NCBI GenBank assembly: GCA_040385565.1
Contig: JAZKHD010000010.1
Location: 33,075 to 97,074, forward strand
Length of the DNA stretch: 64,000 nt
Origin: Bacteroidota bacterium
GTDB taxonomy: Bacteria > Bacteroidota > Bacteroidia > Sphingobacteriales > Sphingobacteriaceae
Direction of reading: 5' to 3'
The notes beneath the pieces were generated by a model. The model searched no databases. It worked only from the letters and a program-made list of their open reading frames with translations, and was not told where the DNA came from. The position numbers and the translations under genes were made by a program. The stretch's first letter is position 1, and the number at the start of each line of letters is the position of its first letter. Of the stretch, positions 37,532-46,658 are shown in pieces.

Positions 37532-38944
37532 ATGAGCGGTAAATTGAAGGCAACCCCTGTAGTTGCAGTTTTTGATGTGGGTAAAACCAATAAAAAGCTT
37601 TTCTTATTTGATGAGAATTATAAGATTGTTTTTGAAAGAACGGCGCGCTTTACGGAGACAATAGATGAAGACGGTGATCCTTGCGAGAACCTGGAAAGCC
37701 TTCGTCTGTCTGTATTTGACTCATTGCGGGAAGTATTCAAAAACCCAGAATTTGAAGTAAAGTCCATAAACTTTGCCACGTATGGTGCAAGTTTTGTTTA
37801 TATTGATGACAGTGGAAAACCGCTCGCGCCATTATACAATTACCTAAAAGAATACCCTGAATCGCTAAAACAAAAGTTTTACAGCGATTATGGTGGGGAA
37901 GAAGAATTTAGCAACCGCACAGCCTCTCCTGTTCTTGGAAGTTTAAATTCAGGCATGCAGCTTTACCGGCTCAAATACGAAAAGCCGGAGCTTTTTGATC
38001 AAATCAAATACGCTCTTCATTTGCCTCAGTACCTCAGTTATTTGATCTCGGGAGAGGCTTATTCAGACCTTACCAGCATAGGCTGCCATACCAATTTATG
38101 GGATTTTAATAAGGGCGATTACCACGAGTGGGTAAAAGATGAGGGCATAATGGAAAAGTTAGCGCCAATTGTACCGTCGGATAGTGTAATGCCTGCGGCA
38201 TTTCCAGGAAATAATTACGCCGTTGGCCCGGGTTTTCATGATAGCTCGGCAGCATTGATTCCTTATTTGGTTAGCTTTACTGAGCCTTTTATACTGTTGT
38301 CTACCGGAACCTGGTGCATCAGCTTAAACCCATTTAATTCATCTCCTTTAACAGCACAAGAGTTAAAAAACGATTGCTTGTGCTATTTGCAGTACCAGGG
38401 TAAGCCTGTAAAGGCATCTCGTTTATTTGCAGGCTATGAGCATGAGCAACAAGTGAAGCGCACTGCGGCTCATTTTGGGACTGATCTGATACACCACAGG
38501 AATATTGCCTACGACCCGAAAATAATCGAAGCCCTTGAAAAAAAGGCTGGAGTAACGGCGGTCGATATGGAGGTTGATTCCGAAAATCATTTAAAAGAAT
38601 CGCTGTTTGGAAAAAGAGACTTAAATGGTTTCAGTTCCGGCGTTGAGGCCTATCATCAGTTAATGCTGGATCTTGTTAATCTTCAAAAGATATCTACCGA
38701 AATGGTGCTAAAGGGTACTAAAGTGAAAAGAATATTTGTAGATGGTGGCTTTAGTAAGAATGTGATTTTTATGAATTTGCTGGCAAGGACATTCCCTGAA
38801 ATTGAAGTCTTTGCGGCTCATATGGCTCAGGCAACAGCAATTGGTGCAGCATTGGCCATTCACAAGTCATGGAATACAAAACCGATGCCTAATGATATAA
38901 TAGGGCTAAAGTACTACTCAATTCCAGTACCAGATAGGCGCTAA
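37532..38944 (+). CDS. FGGY-family carbohydrate kinase, probable rhamnulokinase
   Basis: 470-aa ORF. The N-terminal phosphate-1 loop is VAVFDVGKTNKK and the C-terminal motif is IFVDGGFSKN. It is the last gene of the rhamnose operon. Confidence 0.7.
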   Translation: MSGKLKATPVVAVFDVGKTNKKLFLFDENYKIVFERTARFTETIDEDGDPCENLESLRLSVFDSLREVFKNPEFEVKSINFATYGASFVYIDDSGKPLAPLYNYLKEYPESLKQKFYSDYGGEEEFSNRTASPVLGSLNSGMQLYRLKYEKPELFDQIKYALHLPQYLSYLISGEAYSDLTSIGCHTNLWDFNKGDYHEWVKDEGIMEKLAPIVPSDSVMPAAFPGNNYAVGPGFHDSSAALIPYLVSFTEPFILLSTGTWCISLNPFNSSPLTAQELKNDCLCYLQYQGKPVKASRLFAGYEHEQQVKRTAAHFGTDLIHHRNIAYDPKIIEALEKKAGVTAVDMEVDSENHLKESLFGKRDLNGFSSGVEAYHQLMLDLVNLQKISTEMVLKGTKVKRIFVDGGFSKNVIFMNLLARTFPEIEVFAAHMAQATAIGAALAIHKSWNTKPMPNDIIGLKYYSIPVPDRR

Positions 38945-39988
38945 TTATTTGCCGCTGTATTTAAGTTTTACCGATGGAGATTTCGCGTAGTCTGCCCACA
39001 ATTCATCTATGGTCTTACCCGTTAATTTTGCCCAGGACTGTTCCGTGTAGGTATGTGCCCTTAATTCTTTATCAAGCGTCATGATCAAACCCTTCTTAAC
39101 ATTCTGTTCAAGCCATTCAAAAAACCTCGCCGTTATGCGGTAGCTGTTTTTATAATTTTGTTTTTCATTAAAGTCGGGCAGAGCCCATTTAGAGCCAATA
39201 TTATCAACCCCATACTTGTACCGGATGTAATCAGCAATACCCTCTGTAAGCCATACAGGGCCTGCGCTGTAACCATACCCCTGCACCAGGTGCATGCCCT
39301 CATGAGTAACTATATCAATATCTGTTGGATGAGATTTCATATAATTAGCACTAAATAAAATCCTGTTTCCACTCGCTTCTGCAACGCCTTTGTACGCTGT
39401 ATCTACAACGAACAGCACTTCTTTAGTGGTTTTTTTATTAAATTTTTTAACAAGCTTGGGGTAAACCTTAAAATAAGTGTTGATGAGATTTTGTTTAACA
39501 ACGGGGTCAAAATCAGGTGCTTTACTTATGAACACCAATTGATAGGCGCCTTTTTTAAGAGTATCAGCTGAAATCCAATTTTTAGAAAATTGGTTCATCA
39601 ATAACTTTTCAAAGCTTTTTCTGTTTTTAGCCAGCCAATCACTGTTTACCACTATTTCCCCTGCTTTTGCGCTCAATGTGCCACTATATTTATCGGAGAT
39701 CTCCATAGTCACATCTCTTTTTGTGCGATAACCATCCGCTTGTGCATATGCTGGATATACTTTATCGAAAATCTTTTTAAAATCTTCTTTGGCTACAGTA
39801 TCGAGATTAAATGAAGAGTTATTAATAAAGGTGAGTGTGTAAGGCCTTGGTCCGCGCCTTTGCTGAGACTGTTGATTGGTAGCAGGTTTAACTGTCGACG
39901 GCTCTTGCGCAAAGCTGGCAATTGAGATCAATAAAAGTGCGGTCAATAATATCGTTTTATAAAACATACTTATTTTAATATCTCCCAA
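38945..39988 (-). CDS. secreted basic-secretory-protein (BSP)-like metallopeptidase-fold protein
   Basis: 347-aa ORF with a signal peptide. The THEGMHLVQ (HExxH) motif and surrounding blocks are typical of the 'peptidase of plants and bacteria' family. Confidence 0.6.
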   Translation of the reverse strand: MGDIKISMFYKTILLTALLLISIASFAQEPSTVKPATNQQSQQRRGPRPYTLTFINNSSFNLDTVAKEDFKKIFDKVYPAYAQADGYRTKRDVTMEISDKYSGTLSAKAGEIVVNSDWLAKNRKSFEKLLMNQFSKNWISADTLKKGAYQLVFISKAPDFDPVVKQNLINTYFKVYPKLVKKFNKKTTKEVLFVVDTAYKGVAEASGNRILFSANYMKSHPTDIDIVTHEGMHLVQGYGYSAGPVWLTEGIADYIRYKYGVDNIGSKWALPDFNEKQNYKNSYRITARFFEWLEQNVKKGLIMTLDKELRAHTYTEQSWAKLTGKTIDELWADYAKSPSVKLKYSGK

Positions 39989-40049
39989 AGATATTTGATG
40001 AAACTGTTATTGCCTGTAAAATTGAGGATACAGTCTTCCGGCTGTATAA

Positions 40050-40481
40050 TTAACGGTATACCATCTTCGTGAAGATTTTCCCTGTAGACAACACAAGTGT
40101 CGCTTCTTCCTTTTTGTTCCTTGGGCGAATGTAATTTGCTGTTAAATCCACTATAGCACCTTCACCAATGCTGCCTGAAAGTGCGTTATACTTTCCGGTA
40201 ACATGTATTTTTGGGGATGCTGAACTCAAATTGTCAACTGAAAATGTAAGGGTTGCCTTACCAGCAGAAGTCATTAGCCTGTCTGAAGTAAATGTAGTGT
40301 AGTAAATCACTTTGTTGTCAGAAATGAAATCGAGCCGTTCATGCCATATCACTGTTCCGCCGTTGGGGTATGAGGAGCTTTCCCAGCTGGTACCTGCCAG
40401 GTCTACCAGGTTATCGTTTTCTTCTTTCTTACAGCCAGCGGCCACTAGTATTAATAGGAGGGATATTAATATTCGTTTCAT
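40050..40481 (-). CDS. hypothetical lipoprotein
   Basis: 143-aa ORF with the lipobox LILVAAGCKK. I recognise no family. Confidence 0.5.
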   Translation of the reverse strand: MKRILISLLLILVAAGCKKEENDNLVDLAGTSWESSSYPNGGTVIWHERLDFISDNKVIYYTTFTSDRLMTSAGKATLTFSVDNLSSASPKIHVTGKYNALSGSIGEGAIVDLTANYIRPRNKKEEATLVLSTGKIFTKMVYR

Positions 40482-40584
40482 TCTTGTTTATGCGACTTTT
40501 AGATGGGCGCCAGCATAGCCCTAAATTATGATGAATTGAATAGAAATTTTGGCAGAAATAAAGTTGAATAAAATGAATAAATAA

Positions 40585-40614
40585 AATGTCAGTGCTAAAT
40601 TTCGCACTGACATT
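40585..40614 (-). terminator. terminator of tRNA-Arg
   Basis: 11-bp stem aatgtcagtgc/gcactgacatt with an 8-nt loop, followed on the minus strand by TTTTATTTATT. It starts 7 nt after the tRNA 3' end. Confidence 0.7.
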
Positions 40615-40620
40615 GAAATG

Positions 40621-40692
40621 TGTCCTCGAAGGGATTCGAACCCCCATCATCAGAACCGGAATCTGACATTCTATCCATTGAACTACGAAGAC
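40621..40692 (-). tRNA. tRNA-Arg(CCG): tRNA-Arg (anticodon CCG)
   Basis: The reverse complement is GTCTTCG-TA-GTTC-AATGGATA-GAAT-G-TCAGA-TTCCGGT-TCTGA-TGAT-GGGGG-TTCGAAT-CCCTT-CGAGGAC-A. All four stems pair (with some G-U), the T-loop is TTCGAAT, and the anticodon loop carries CCG. No CCA is encoded. Confidence 0.9.
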
Positions 40693-40706
40693 CTGCAATC
40701 GAGATG

Positions 40707-40714
40707 CAAAAATA
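40707..40714 (-). promoter_or_regulatory. candidate Bacteroidota -7 promoter element (TAnnTTTG) for tRNA-Arg
   Basis: Minus-strand TATTTTTG lies 14 nt upstream of tRNA position 1 and matches the TAnnTTTG consensus of Bacteroidota sigma-A promoters. No clear -33 element was seen. Confidence 0.35.
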
Positions 40715-40965
40715 GGAAACTAATCGGTATAAAGAAATGAAGTTATCAGACGGCTCAAACTCACGAACAAGTTTAATTATGTTGGCGCTTCACATAAATA
40801 TTTATATGGTGAATTGAGCCCATGAACTTTTGTCGCTATTGGAGGAATGAAATGACCATGATAGTTGATGCCACGCTCACAATCATAACCTTAAATGTAT
40901 ATGTTTTTAAAAAATAAAAGGCATTTTTGCAGGTAGTGACCTGATATTGATATTTGGAATTGCTT

Positions 40966-42336
40966 ATGGAAGAAATCATTGTAGAAGAAATCGAAAATTT
41001 GCTGGCTGTTGAAGATGATGAACAATTAAAAGTTTATCTGGATAATTTGAATATTTCAGATGTTGAGCATTTAATAGATGAACTTCCGCAGCATTCTGTA
41101 AAATTCATAAACACATTATCAGTTAAGCGTGCAGTTAACGTTTTCAGAATACTTGATTTCCCCACACAGGAGAAATTAATAAAAAAGCTTCCCGGTAATA
41201 AACTCGCTGAAATAATCAATCTCTTGCCGCCGGATGATCGTACGTCACTTTTTAGCGAACTAAAAGGTGATGCTGTTGCAAAACTGATTATTTTGCTGCC
41301 TGCCAAAGATAGGATAGAGGCACTTTCATTGTTGGGTTACGAAGAGTCTAGTGTGGGTCGTTTGATGACCCCTGATTACGTTGCCGTTAAAAAAGACTGG
41401 ACAGTTAACCGGGTTCTTGCGCATATTAGAAGATATGGTAAAAACTCAGAAACAATTGATGTAATTTATGTGATCGATAAAGATGGTGTTTTGCTTGATG
41501 ATATGCGGATCAGGGAAATACTCCTTGCCGATCCCGACGCAAAAATAGGTGAGTTGACAGATCATAGGTTAATAGCCCTCAAAGTTACAGATCCGCAGGA
41601 GGAAGCTATTAATGTTTTTAGAATGAACAACAGGGTTGCTTTACCCGTTGTAGATGACAATAATGTGCTTTTGGGAATAGTTACTGTTGATGATATTCTT
41701 TGGATTGCTAATGAAGAATATACAGAAGACATACATAAAATTGGTGGTACGCAGGCGCTAAACGAACCTTACCTGGATGTGCCGGTTTTCGAGCTTTATA
41801 AAAAGCGTGTAGTTTGGTTAATTGTACTCTTTTTTGGGGAACTGCTTACCATTTTTGCGATGTCAAATTTTGAGGATGAGATTAAAAAGGTGGTAATCCT
41901 GGCGACATTTATTCCTTTAATTATTTCCAGTGGAGGAAACAGCGGTTCTCAGGCCGCTACGTTAATCATTCAAGCCATGGCCTTGGGTGAAGTAACCATA
42001 AAAGACTGGTGGCGGGTAATGAGGCGGGAGATTACTTCGGGAATTTTTTTGGGCAGTACCCTTTGTCTGCTTAGCTTTTCCGTGATCCTGATCTGGCAGA
42101 TGGTTACAGGTAATTTAAACGAACCCGTTCTGGTTGGCCTTGTAGTTGGCTGCTCTTTAATTGGTGTAGTGCTATGGGGAACCCTCATGGGCTCTATGCT
42201 TCCGTTGCTGTTAAAAAAGCTAGGTGCCGACCCGGCAGTATCCTCAACACCGTTTGTTGCAACGCTGGTCGATGTAACAGGGTTAATCATCTATTTTACG
42301 ATGGCATTGCTGTTTTTAAAAGGAGTGTTGCTTTAA
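40966..42336 (+). CDS. mgtE: magnesium transporter MgtE
   Basis: ORF 40954-42336, with an ATG at 40966. It has an MgtE N-domain, a CBS pair, and the TM-domain signature SSGGNSGSQAATLIIQA. Confidence 0.9.
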   Translation: MEEIIVEEIENLLAVEDDEQLKVYLDNLNISDVEHLIDELPQHSVKFINTLSVKRAVNVFRILDFPTQEKLIKKLPGNKLAEIINLLPPDDRTSLFSELKGDAVAKLIILLPAKDRIEALSLLGYEESSVGRLMTPDYVAVKKDWTVNRVLAHIRRYGKNSETIDVIYVIDKDGVLLDDMRIREILLADPDAKIGELTDHRLIALKVTDPQEEAINVFRMNNRVALPVVDDNNVLLGIVTVDDILWIANEEYTEDIHKIGGTQALNEPYLDVPVFELYKKRVVWLIVLFFGELLTIFAMSNFEDEIKKVVILATFIPLIISSGGNSGSQAATLIIQAMALGEVTIKDWWRVMRREITSGIFLGSTLCLLSFSVILIWQMVTGNLNEPVLVGLVVGCSLIGVVLWGTLMGSMLPLLLKKLGADPAVSSTPFVATLVDVTGLIIYFTMALLFLKGVLL

Positions 42337-42340
42337 TTTT

Positions 42341-42394
42341 CATTGCGAGGCACGAAAGCAATCCTAAATATAGATTGCTTCGTGCCTCGCAATG
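42341..42394. repeat. REP-like palindromic element (about 22-bp arms)
   Basis: cattgcgaggcacgaaagcaatc (42341-42363) pairs with gattgcttcgtgcctcgcaatg (42373-42394) with one bulged A and a 9-nt loop. It starts 5 nt after the mgtE stop. Confidence 0.8.
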
Positions 42395-42396
42395 AT

Positions 42397-42457
42397 ATCG
42401 AAACGCAATGACCTTCGTGCCTCGAAATGACATCGAAACGCAATGACCTTCGTGCCT
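42397..42457. repeat. two direct copies of a 26-bp unit derived from the same REP arm
   Basis: atcgaaacgcaatgaccttcgtgcct occurs at 42397-42422 and again at 42432-42457 (35-bp period). The cgtgcct(c/a)g core is shared with the palindrome arm. Confidence 0.8.
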
Positions 42458-42682
42458 AGCAATAACCTTTAACAGGTGCATAAATTAATGGGACTACCTT
42501 TAATTATATGAGCTGGTTATGAACCAAGAAGGTAAGTAGGAAAATCAGTTTAACTCTCTGTTGGTAGGACCAAGCGCCCCAGTTTTGCGGGAAAAAATAA
42601 TGCTTTCTTAGAGAAGACCTCAGCGCTTTTGCTTTTCAGCAAAAGATGCAGTCTTCGAAAAGGAATGCTTTATTTTTAATAC

Positions 42683-43777
42683 CTAAACGTTAAAACGGAA
42701 GTGCATGATGTCGCCATCCTCTACAACATACGTCTTACCCTCAACACCCAATTTACCTGCATCTTTACAAGCAACTTCAGATCCTAGTGTTACAAAATCA
42801 TCATACTTTATAACTTCGGCACGGATAAAACCTTTTTCAAAATCAGTATGAATTACACCAGCGGCTTGAGGGGCGGTGAAGCCTTTAGTAATCGTCCATG
42901 CCCTAACTTCCTGCACACCTGCAGTAAAATAAGTGTAAAGATCCAGCAGGCGATAAGCTGCGCGGATTAATTTATTAACTCCGGATTCAGTTAGTCCAAG
43001 ATCTGCCAAAAACTCCTGGCGGTCATCATAACTATCCATCTCAGCAATTTCTGATTCTATTTTTGCAGATATAACTAAAACTTCGGCATTTTCACCTTTA
43101 ACGGCTTCTTTGACGCGTTCAACATAAGTATTGCCCGTAACAACAGAACCTTCATCCACATTACAAACATACATTACTGGTTTCTGAGTTAGTAGACCCA
43201 GATCCTGTATAAAGTCAAAATCATCTGCACTAACTGCAGCAGAGCGAACTGAATTACCGCCCTCGATGTGGGCCTTGATAACCGTTAAAATGTCGAATGT
43301 ACGTTTGGCTTCTTTATCGGTTTTAGCCATTTTCTCAACCTTTTGAATACGTTTCGCAACCGTATCAAGGTCTTTAAGCTGAAGTTCAGTGTCGATAATT
43401 TCTTTGTCGCGAATTGGATCAACAGAACCGTCAACATGGATAACATTACCATCGTCAAAACAACGAAGAACATGTATTACGGCATTGGTGGCCCTAATGT
43501 TTCCTAAAAACTGGTTACCCAGGCCCTCGCCCTTCGAAGCACCTTTTACTAAACCGGCAATGTCAACAATTTCAATAGTATTGGGCACCACACGGTTTGG
43601 TTTTACCAATTCTTCAAGTTTTGTAAGTCTGTCATCAGGAACAGTAATTACACCAATATTAGGCTCAATGGTACAGAATGGGAAATTTGCAGCTTGCGCT
43701 TTTGCGTTAGATAGACAGTTAAATAAAGTAGATTTTCCAACATTTGGTAACCCAACTATACCACATTGTAGTGCCAT
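42683..43777 (-). CDS. ychF: redox-regulated ribosome-binding ATPase YchF
   Basis: 364-aa ORF with the P-loop GIVGLPNVGKSTLFN and a TGS-like C-terminus (KGFIRAEV). Confidence 0.92.
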   Translation of the reverse strand: MALQCGIVGLPNVGKSTLFNCLSNAKAQAANFPFCTIEPNIGVITVPDDRLTKLEELVKPNRVVPNTIEIVDIAGLVKGASKGEGLGNQFLGNIRATNAVIHVLRCFDDGNVIHVDGSVDPIRDKEIIDTELQLKDLDTVAKRIQKVEKMAKTDKEAKRTFDILTVIKAHIEGGNSVRSAAVSADDFDFIQDLGLLTQKPVMYVCNVDEGSVVTGNTYVERVKEAVKGENAEVLVISAKIESEIAEMDSYDDRQEFLADLGLTESGVNKLIRAAYRLLDLYTYFTAGVQEVRAWTITKGFTAPQAAGVIHTDFEKGFIRAEVIKYDDFVTLGSEVACKDAGKLGVEGKTYVVEDGDIMHFRFNV

Positions 43778-43876
43778 ATATGATTTATTTCTTGATTTGC
43801 CCGCAAAGGTATCAAATTTTTAAAAATAATCTTTATGTTTAGAAAAGCAAAAACCTACTCATTACCCTATTTAATT

Positions 43877-44356
43877 ATGGAAGAAAACGAGCAATCTTTA
43901 TCAGAAACCTCACAGTCAAACTTAGTCATATCTGAAGATATCAGGAGTTACCTTTATGAATCTGCAAAATGGACTAAATTTTTAGCAATAGTAGGTTTTG
44001 TTTTTACCGCTTTGATGGTGATGGTGTCATTAAGCGTAGGGTCGTTAATGACTGCCATGAATAACGCAGTAGGCGAACAGCATAATCCTTACGCTGCTAT
44101 GGGCTCTGGCGTTTTAACGGTATTTTTACTGCTTACTGCCGTGATTTATTTTTACCCAAGCTTTCTGCTCTTAAAATTTAGCAATGCCACGAAACAGGGC
44201 GTTTTGTATGGCGATCAGGAAAGTTTGAACGCAGGACTTTCGAAACTTAAATCTTTCTTTAAGTTTTGGGGTGTGTTAATGATCATTGTTCTTGGTCTGT
44301 ATGCGTTAATGTTACTTTTTGCTATCGTAGCAGGAGTAGCTGCAAGTATGGCTTAA
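43877..44356 (+). CDS. hypothetical membrane protein
   Basis: ORF 43835-44356, with an ATG at 43877 (MEENEQ). It has four predicted TM helices. I could not assign a family with confidence. Confidence 0.5.
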   Translation: MEENEQSLSETSQSNLVISEDIRSYLYESAKWTKFLAIVGFVFTALMVMVSLSVGSLMTAMNNAVGEQHNPYAAMGSGVLTVFLLLTAVIYFYPSFLLLKFSNATKQGVLYGDQESLNAGLSKLKSFFKFWGVLMIIVLGLYALMLLFAIVAGVAASMA

Positions 44357-45024
44357 CGAAGGAAATTTAACGACCTTATTTCTTTGCTGAGCAGGTTCTC
44401 AAAATATGGGTTCATCAGCTTTGCGGCAATCAATCCAATTTTACCTGCCGGTGGGTGATATGAAAATACAACTTTTAATAACGTTGATCCATCTCCCTGT
44501 TCCTGAAAAGTAACGCGTCCAACACGCTGTACAAATGAGCCGGGCGTTGCGCTCCAACCAATCAGTCGTCCTGGTTCGTCCTTTACAATTTCAGCATCCC
44601 ATTCTAATGAAAACAGTTTTCCTAATAGATTTGATTTCCAGTGGGACACCTGTCCATCAATCACATCAACATCTACAACATGTTTCAAGCTTCCGGGCAA
44701 GTTTTCCAAATTTCTCCAGTAAGCATACAATTCGGAAGCTGGTTTGTTAATTAAAAATTCTCCTCTAACATTTACAGCTTTCGGGCTGGATGCATCTATA
44801 CCCAGTTGCTCATAGAATAAACATTTGCCAGTTGCCCCTCTGTAAGTTAAGTAGGCTCCATAAATAAACGGCGATTTGAAAGGTCTGGTTATGCTACGGC
44901 TCAGTAATACGCCACCTAGAAATACAGAAAACAGTCTCTCTGAGATTCCCAGATTTTTTGCAGGCTGCTTTTCAAGTGAAATGTGTCCTGATCTGCCATG
45001 TAGGTGGTGATGTTTAAGTTCCAT
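44353..45024 (-). CDS. membrane-anchored SRPBCC (cyclase/dehydrase-like) protein, paralog A
   Basis: 223-aa ORF. An N-terminal YgaP/DUF2892-like hydrophobic segment ends in YRGATGKCLFYEQLG, followed by an SRPBCC-like domain (YAYWRNLENLP, SHW, LEWDAEI, PPAG). Confidence 0.6.
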   Translation of the reverse strand: MELKHHHLHGRSGHISLEKQPAKNLGISERLFSVFLGGVLLSRSITRPFKSPFIYGAYLTYRGATGKCLFYEQLGIDASSPKAVNVRGEFLINKPASELYAYWRNLENLPGSLKHVVDVDVIDGQVSHWKSNLLGKLFSLEWDAEIVKDEPGRLIGWSATPGSFVQRVGRVTFQEQGDGSTLLKVVFSYHPPAGKIGLIAAKLMNPYFENLLSKEIRSLNFLR

Positions 45025-45151
45025 TTTTCTATATTTTTTATATTTAATTAACTTTTGCTAGGTTGTATTTTAACAGTTTTGATAGGTATAAGTTTTTAGC
45101 ATTCTACTTAATTGCTACTATTTACTAAATTACATAACCAAATTAATGTAA

Positions 45152-46573
45152 ATGAATAAGAGATTTTTTCTGTCGATCTTTATTGCGCTGAGTTGCAATA
45201 CAAGTTTTGCTCAAAATGCCCCGGCACCATATGGTGCGCTACCAACCAAATACCAACTGGAATGGCAAGACATGGAGACCTACATGTTCATTCATTTCGG
45301 CCCTAATACTTTTACAGACAAGGAGTGGGGTCATGGTGATGAAGATCCCAAAGTTTTCAATCCAAAAAAGCTGGATGCACGACAATGGGTGCGCACCGCG
45401 AAGGCTGCGGGAATGAAGGGTATCATTATAACCGCAAAACATCACGATGGGTTTGCGCTCTATCCAAGTAAATATAGTACGCATACTGTGAGGGAAAGCG
45501 CCTGGAAAGATGGTAAAGGAGATGTGCTTAAAGAACTTTCTGCTGCCTGTAAAGAATATGGGGTGAAATTTGGTGTTTACCTTTCCCCATGGGACAGAAA
45601 CCATCCCAAATATGGTACATCTGAATATAACCAAATTTTCGCCAACATGCTTGAAGAAGTTCATACCCAATACGGACCGGTATTTGAACAATGGTTTGAT
45701 GGTGCAAAAGGTGAGGGAGAGAAAAGCCAGACTTATGATTTTCCGCTGTTTAACAGCATAGTTTACAAACACAATCCGCAAGCAATCATTTTTAGTGATG
45801 TAGGTCCGGGTACACGTTGGATGGGCAACGAGGATGGTATTGTAGGCGAAACAAACTGGTCTACTCTCAATGCAGATGGTTTTGGTCCGGGTGCTGATGC
45901 GCCACCAAGAAAATCGCTAAATGAAGGAGATTTTAAGGGCAAGTATTGGCTGCCTGCTGAGGTCGATGTTTCTATCAGGCCCGGGTGGTTTTACAGTCCC
46001 AGTACAGATAATAAAGTGAAATCACTTAAACAGTTGGTGTCCATCTATCAAACGTCAGTGGGCCGTAATGGCAACTTGCTGCTAAATGTTCCTGTAGACA
46101 GGGACGGACTGATCCATGTGGCCGACTCTACGCGGTTGATGGAATTCAGAAAATATCTTGATGCAGCCTATAAAAATGATCTGGCCAAAGGGAAAAAAGT
46201 AACTGCAAATGGTTTGTCGAGAGGTAAACTGTTTAGTCCGATGAATTTAACTGATGGTAAACCTAACACCTATTGGGCACCGCCTGATGGAATGAAAAAT
46301 TCATGGCTTACTCTTGATCTCGGCAAACAGACAGAGATTAATCAAATAATATTACAGGAAAATCTAAAACTAGGTCAACGGGTTCGAGAATTTAGCATTA
46401 TGTATTGGGATGGTAAAGCTTATAGAGAGGTCGCATCACAAACTACAATTGGGCACAAGCGAATTATCAGTTTTCCAACTTTGAAAACCAGTAGGCTTAA
46501 AGTGTATTTTTCTGAAACACAAGTTGCGCCTGCACTTTCCAATATATCTGTGTATAAAGTCCCTGATTTGTAA
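45152..46573 (+). CDS. alpha-L-fucosidase (GH29) with a C-terminal F5/8 type C (discoidin) domain
   Basis: 473-aa ORF with a signal peptide. The GH29 block is AKHHDGFALYPSKYS. The C-terminal discoidin-like region is NLTDGKPNTYWAP. Confidence 0.85.
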   Translation: MNKRFFLSIFIALSCNTSFAQNAPAPYGALPTKYQLEWQDMETYMFIHFGPNTFTDKEWGHGDEDPKVFNPKKLDARQWVRTAKAAGMKGIIITAKHHDGFALYPSKYSTHTVRESAWKDGKGDVLKELSAACKEYGVKFGVYLSPWDRNHPKYGTSEYNQIFANMLEEVHTQYGPVFEQWFDGAKGEGEKSQTYDFPLFNSIVYKHNPQAIIFSDVGPGTRWMGNEDGIVGETNWSTLNADGFGPGADAPPRKSLNEGDFKGKYWLPAEVDVSIRPGWFYSPSTDNKVKSLKQLVSIYQTSVGRNGNLLLNVPVDRDGLIHVADSTRLMEFRKYLDAAYKNDLAKGKKVTANGLSRGKLFSPMNLTDGKPNTYWAPPDGMKNSWLTLDLGKQTEINQIILQENLKLGQRVREFSIMYWDGKAYREVASQTTIGHKRIISFPTLKTSRLKVYFSETQVAPALSNISVYKVPDL

Positions 46574-46658
46574 GGCATAAGACTTAACTCTTTTTGTATT
46601 AAATAAGTGAATTAGAATAGGTTTGCATTTAAATTTGCCGTACCTTTGCGCAAATTTT

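Noticed and set aside
40429-40698. An 89-aa minus-strand ORF spanning the tRNA-Arg region.
   Set aside because: It is read straight through the tRNA gene and its terminator, so it is an artefact.
40693-40965. A possible Mg2+ (M-box) riboswitch in the 273-bp region upstream of mgtE.
   Set aside because: I could not find the conserved M-box core segments or a convincing multi-helix fold plus terminator by eye. The region also has to contain the tRNA-Arg promoter. A covariance-model scan (Rfam RF00380) would settle it.
42174-42481. ORFs 42174-42395(+) and 42296-42481(-) at the mgtE 3' end.
   Set aside because: They are translations of the REP-like palindrome and direct repeats (HCEARSNL- and ARHESN-type peptides) and of the mgtE alternative frame, not genes.
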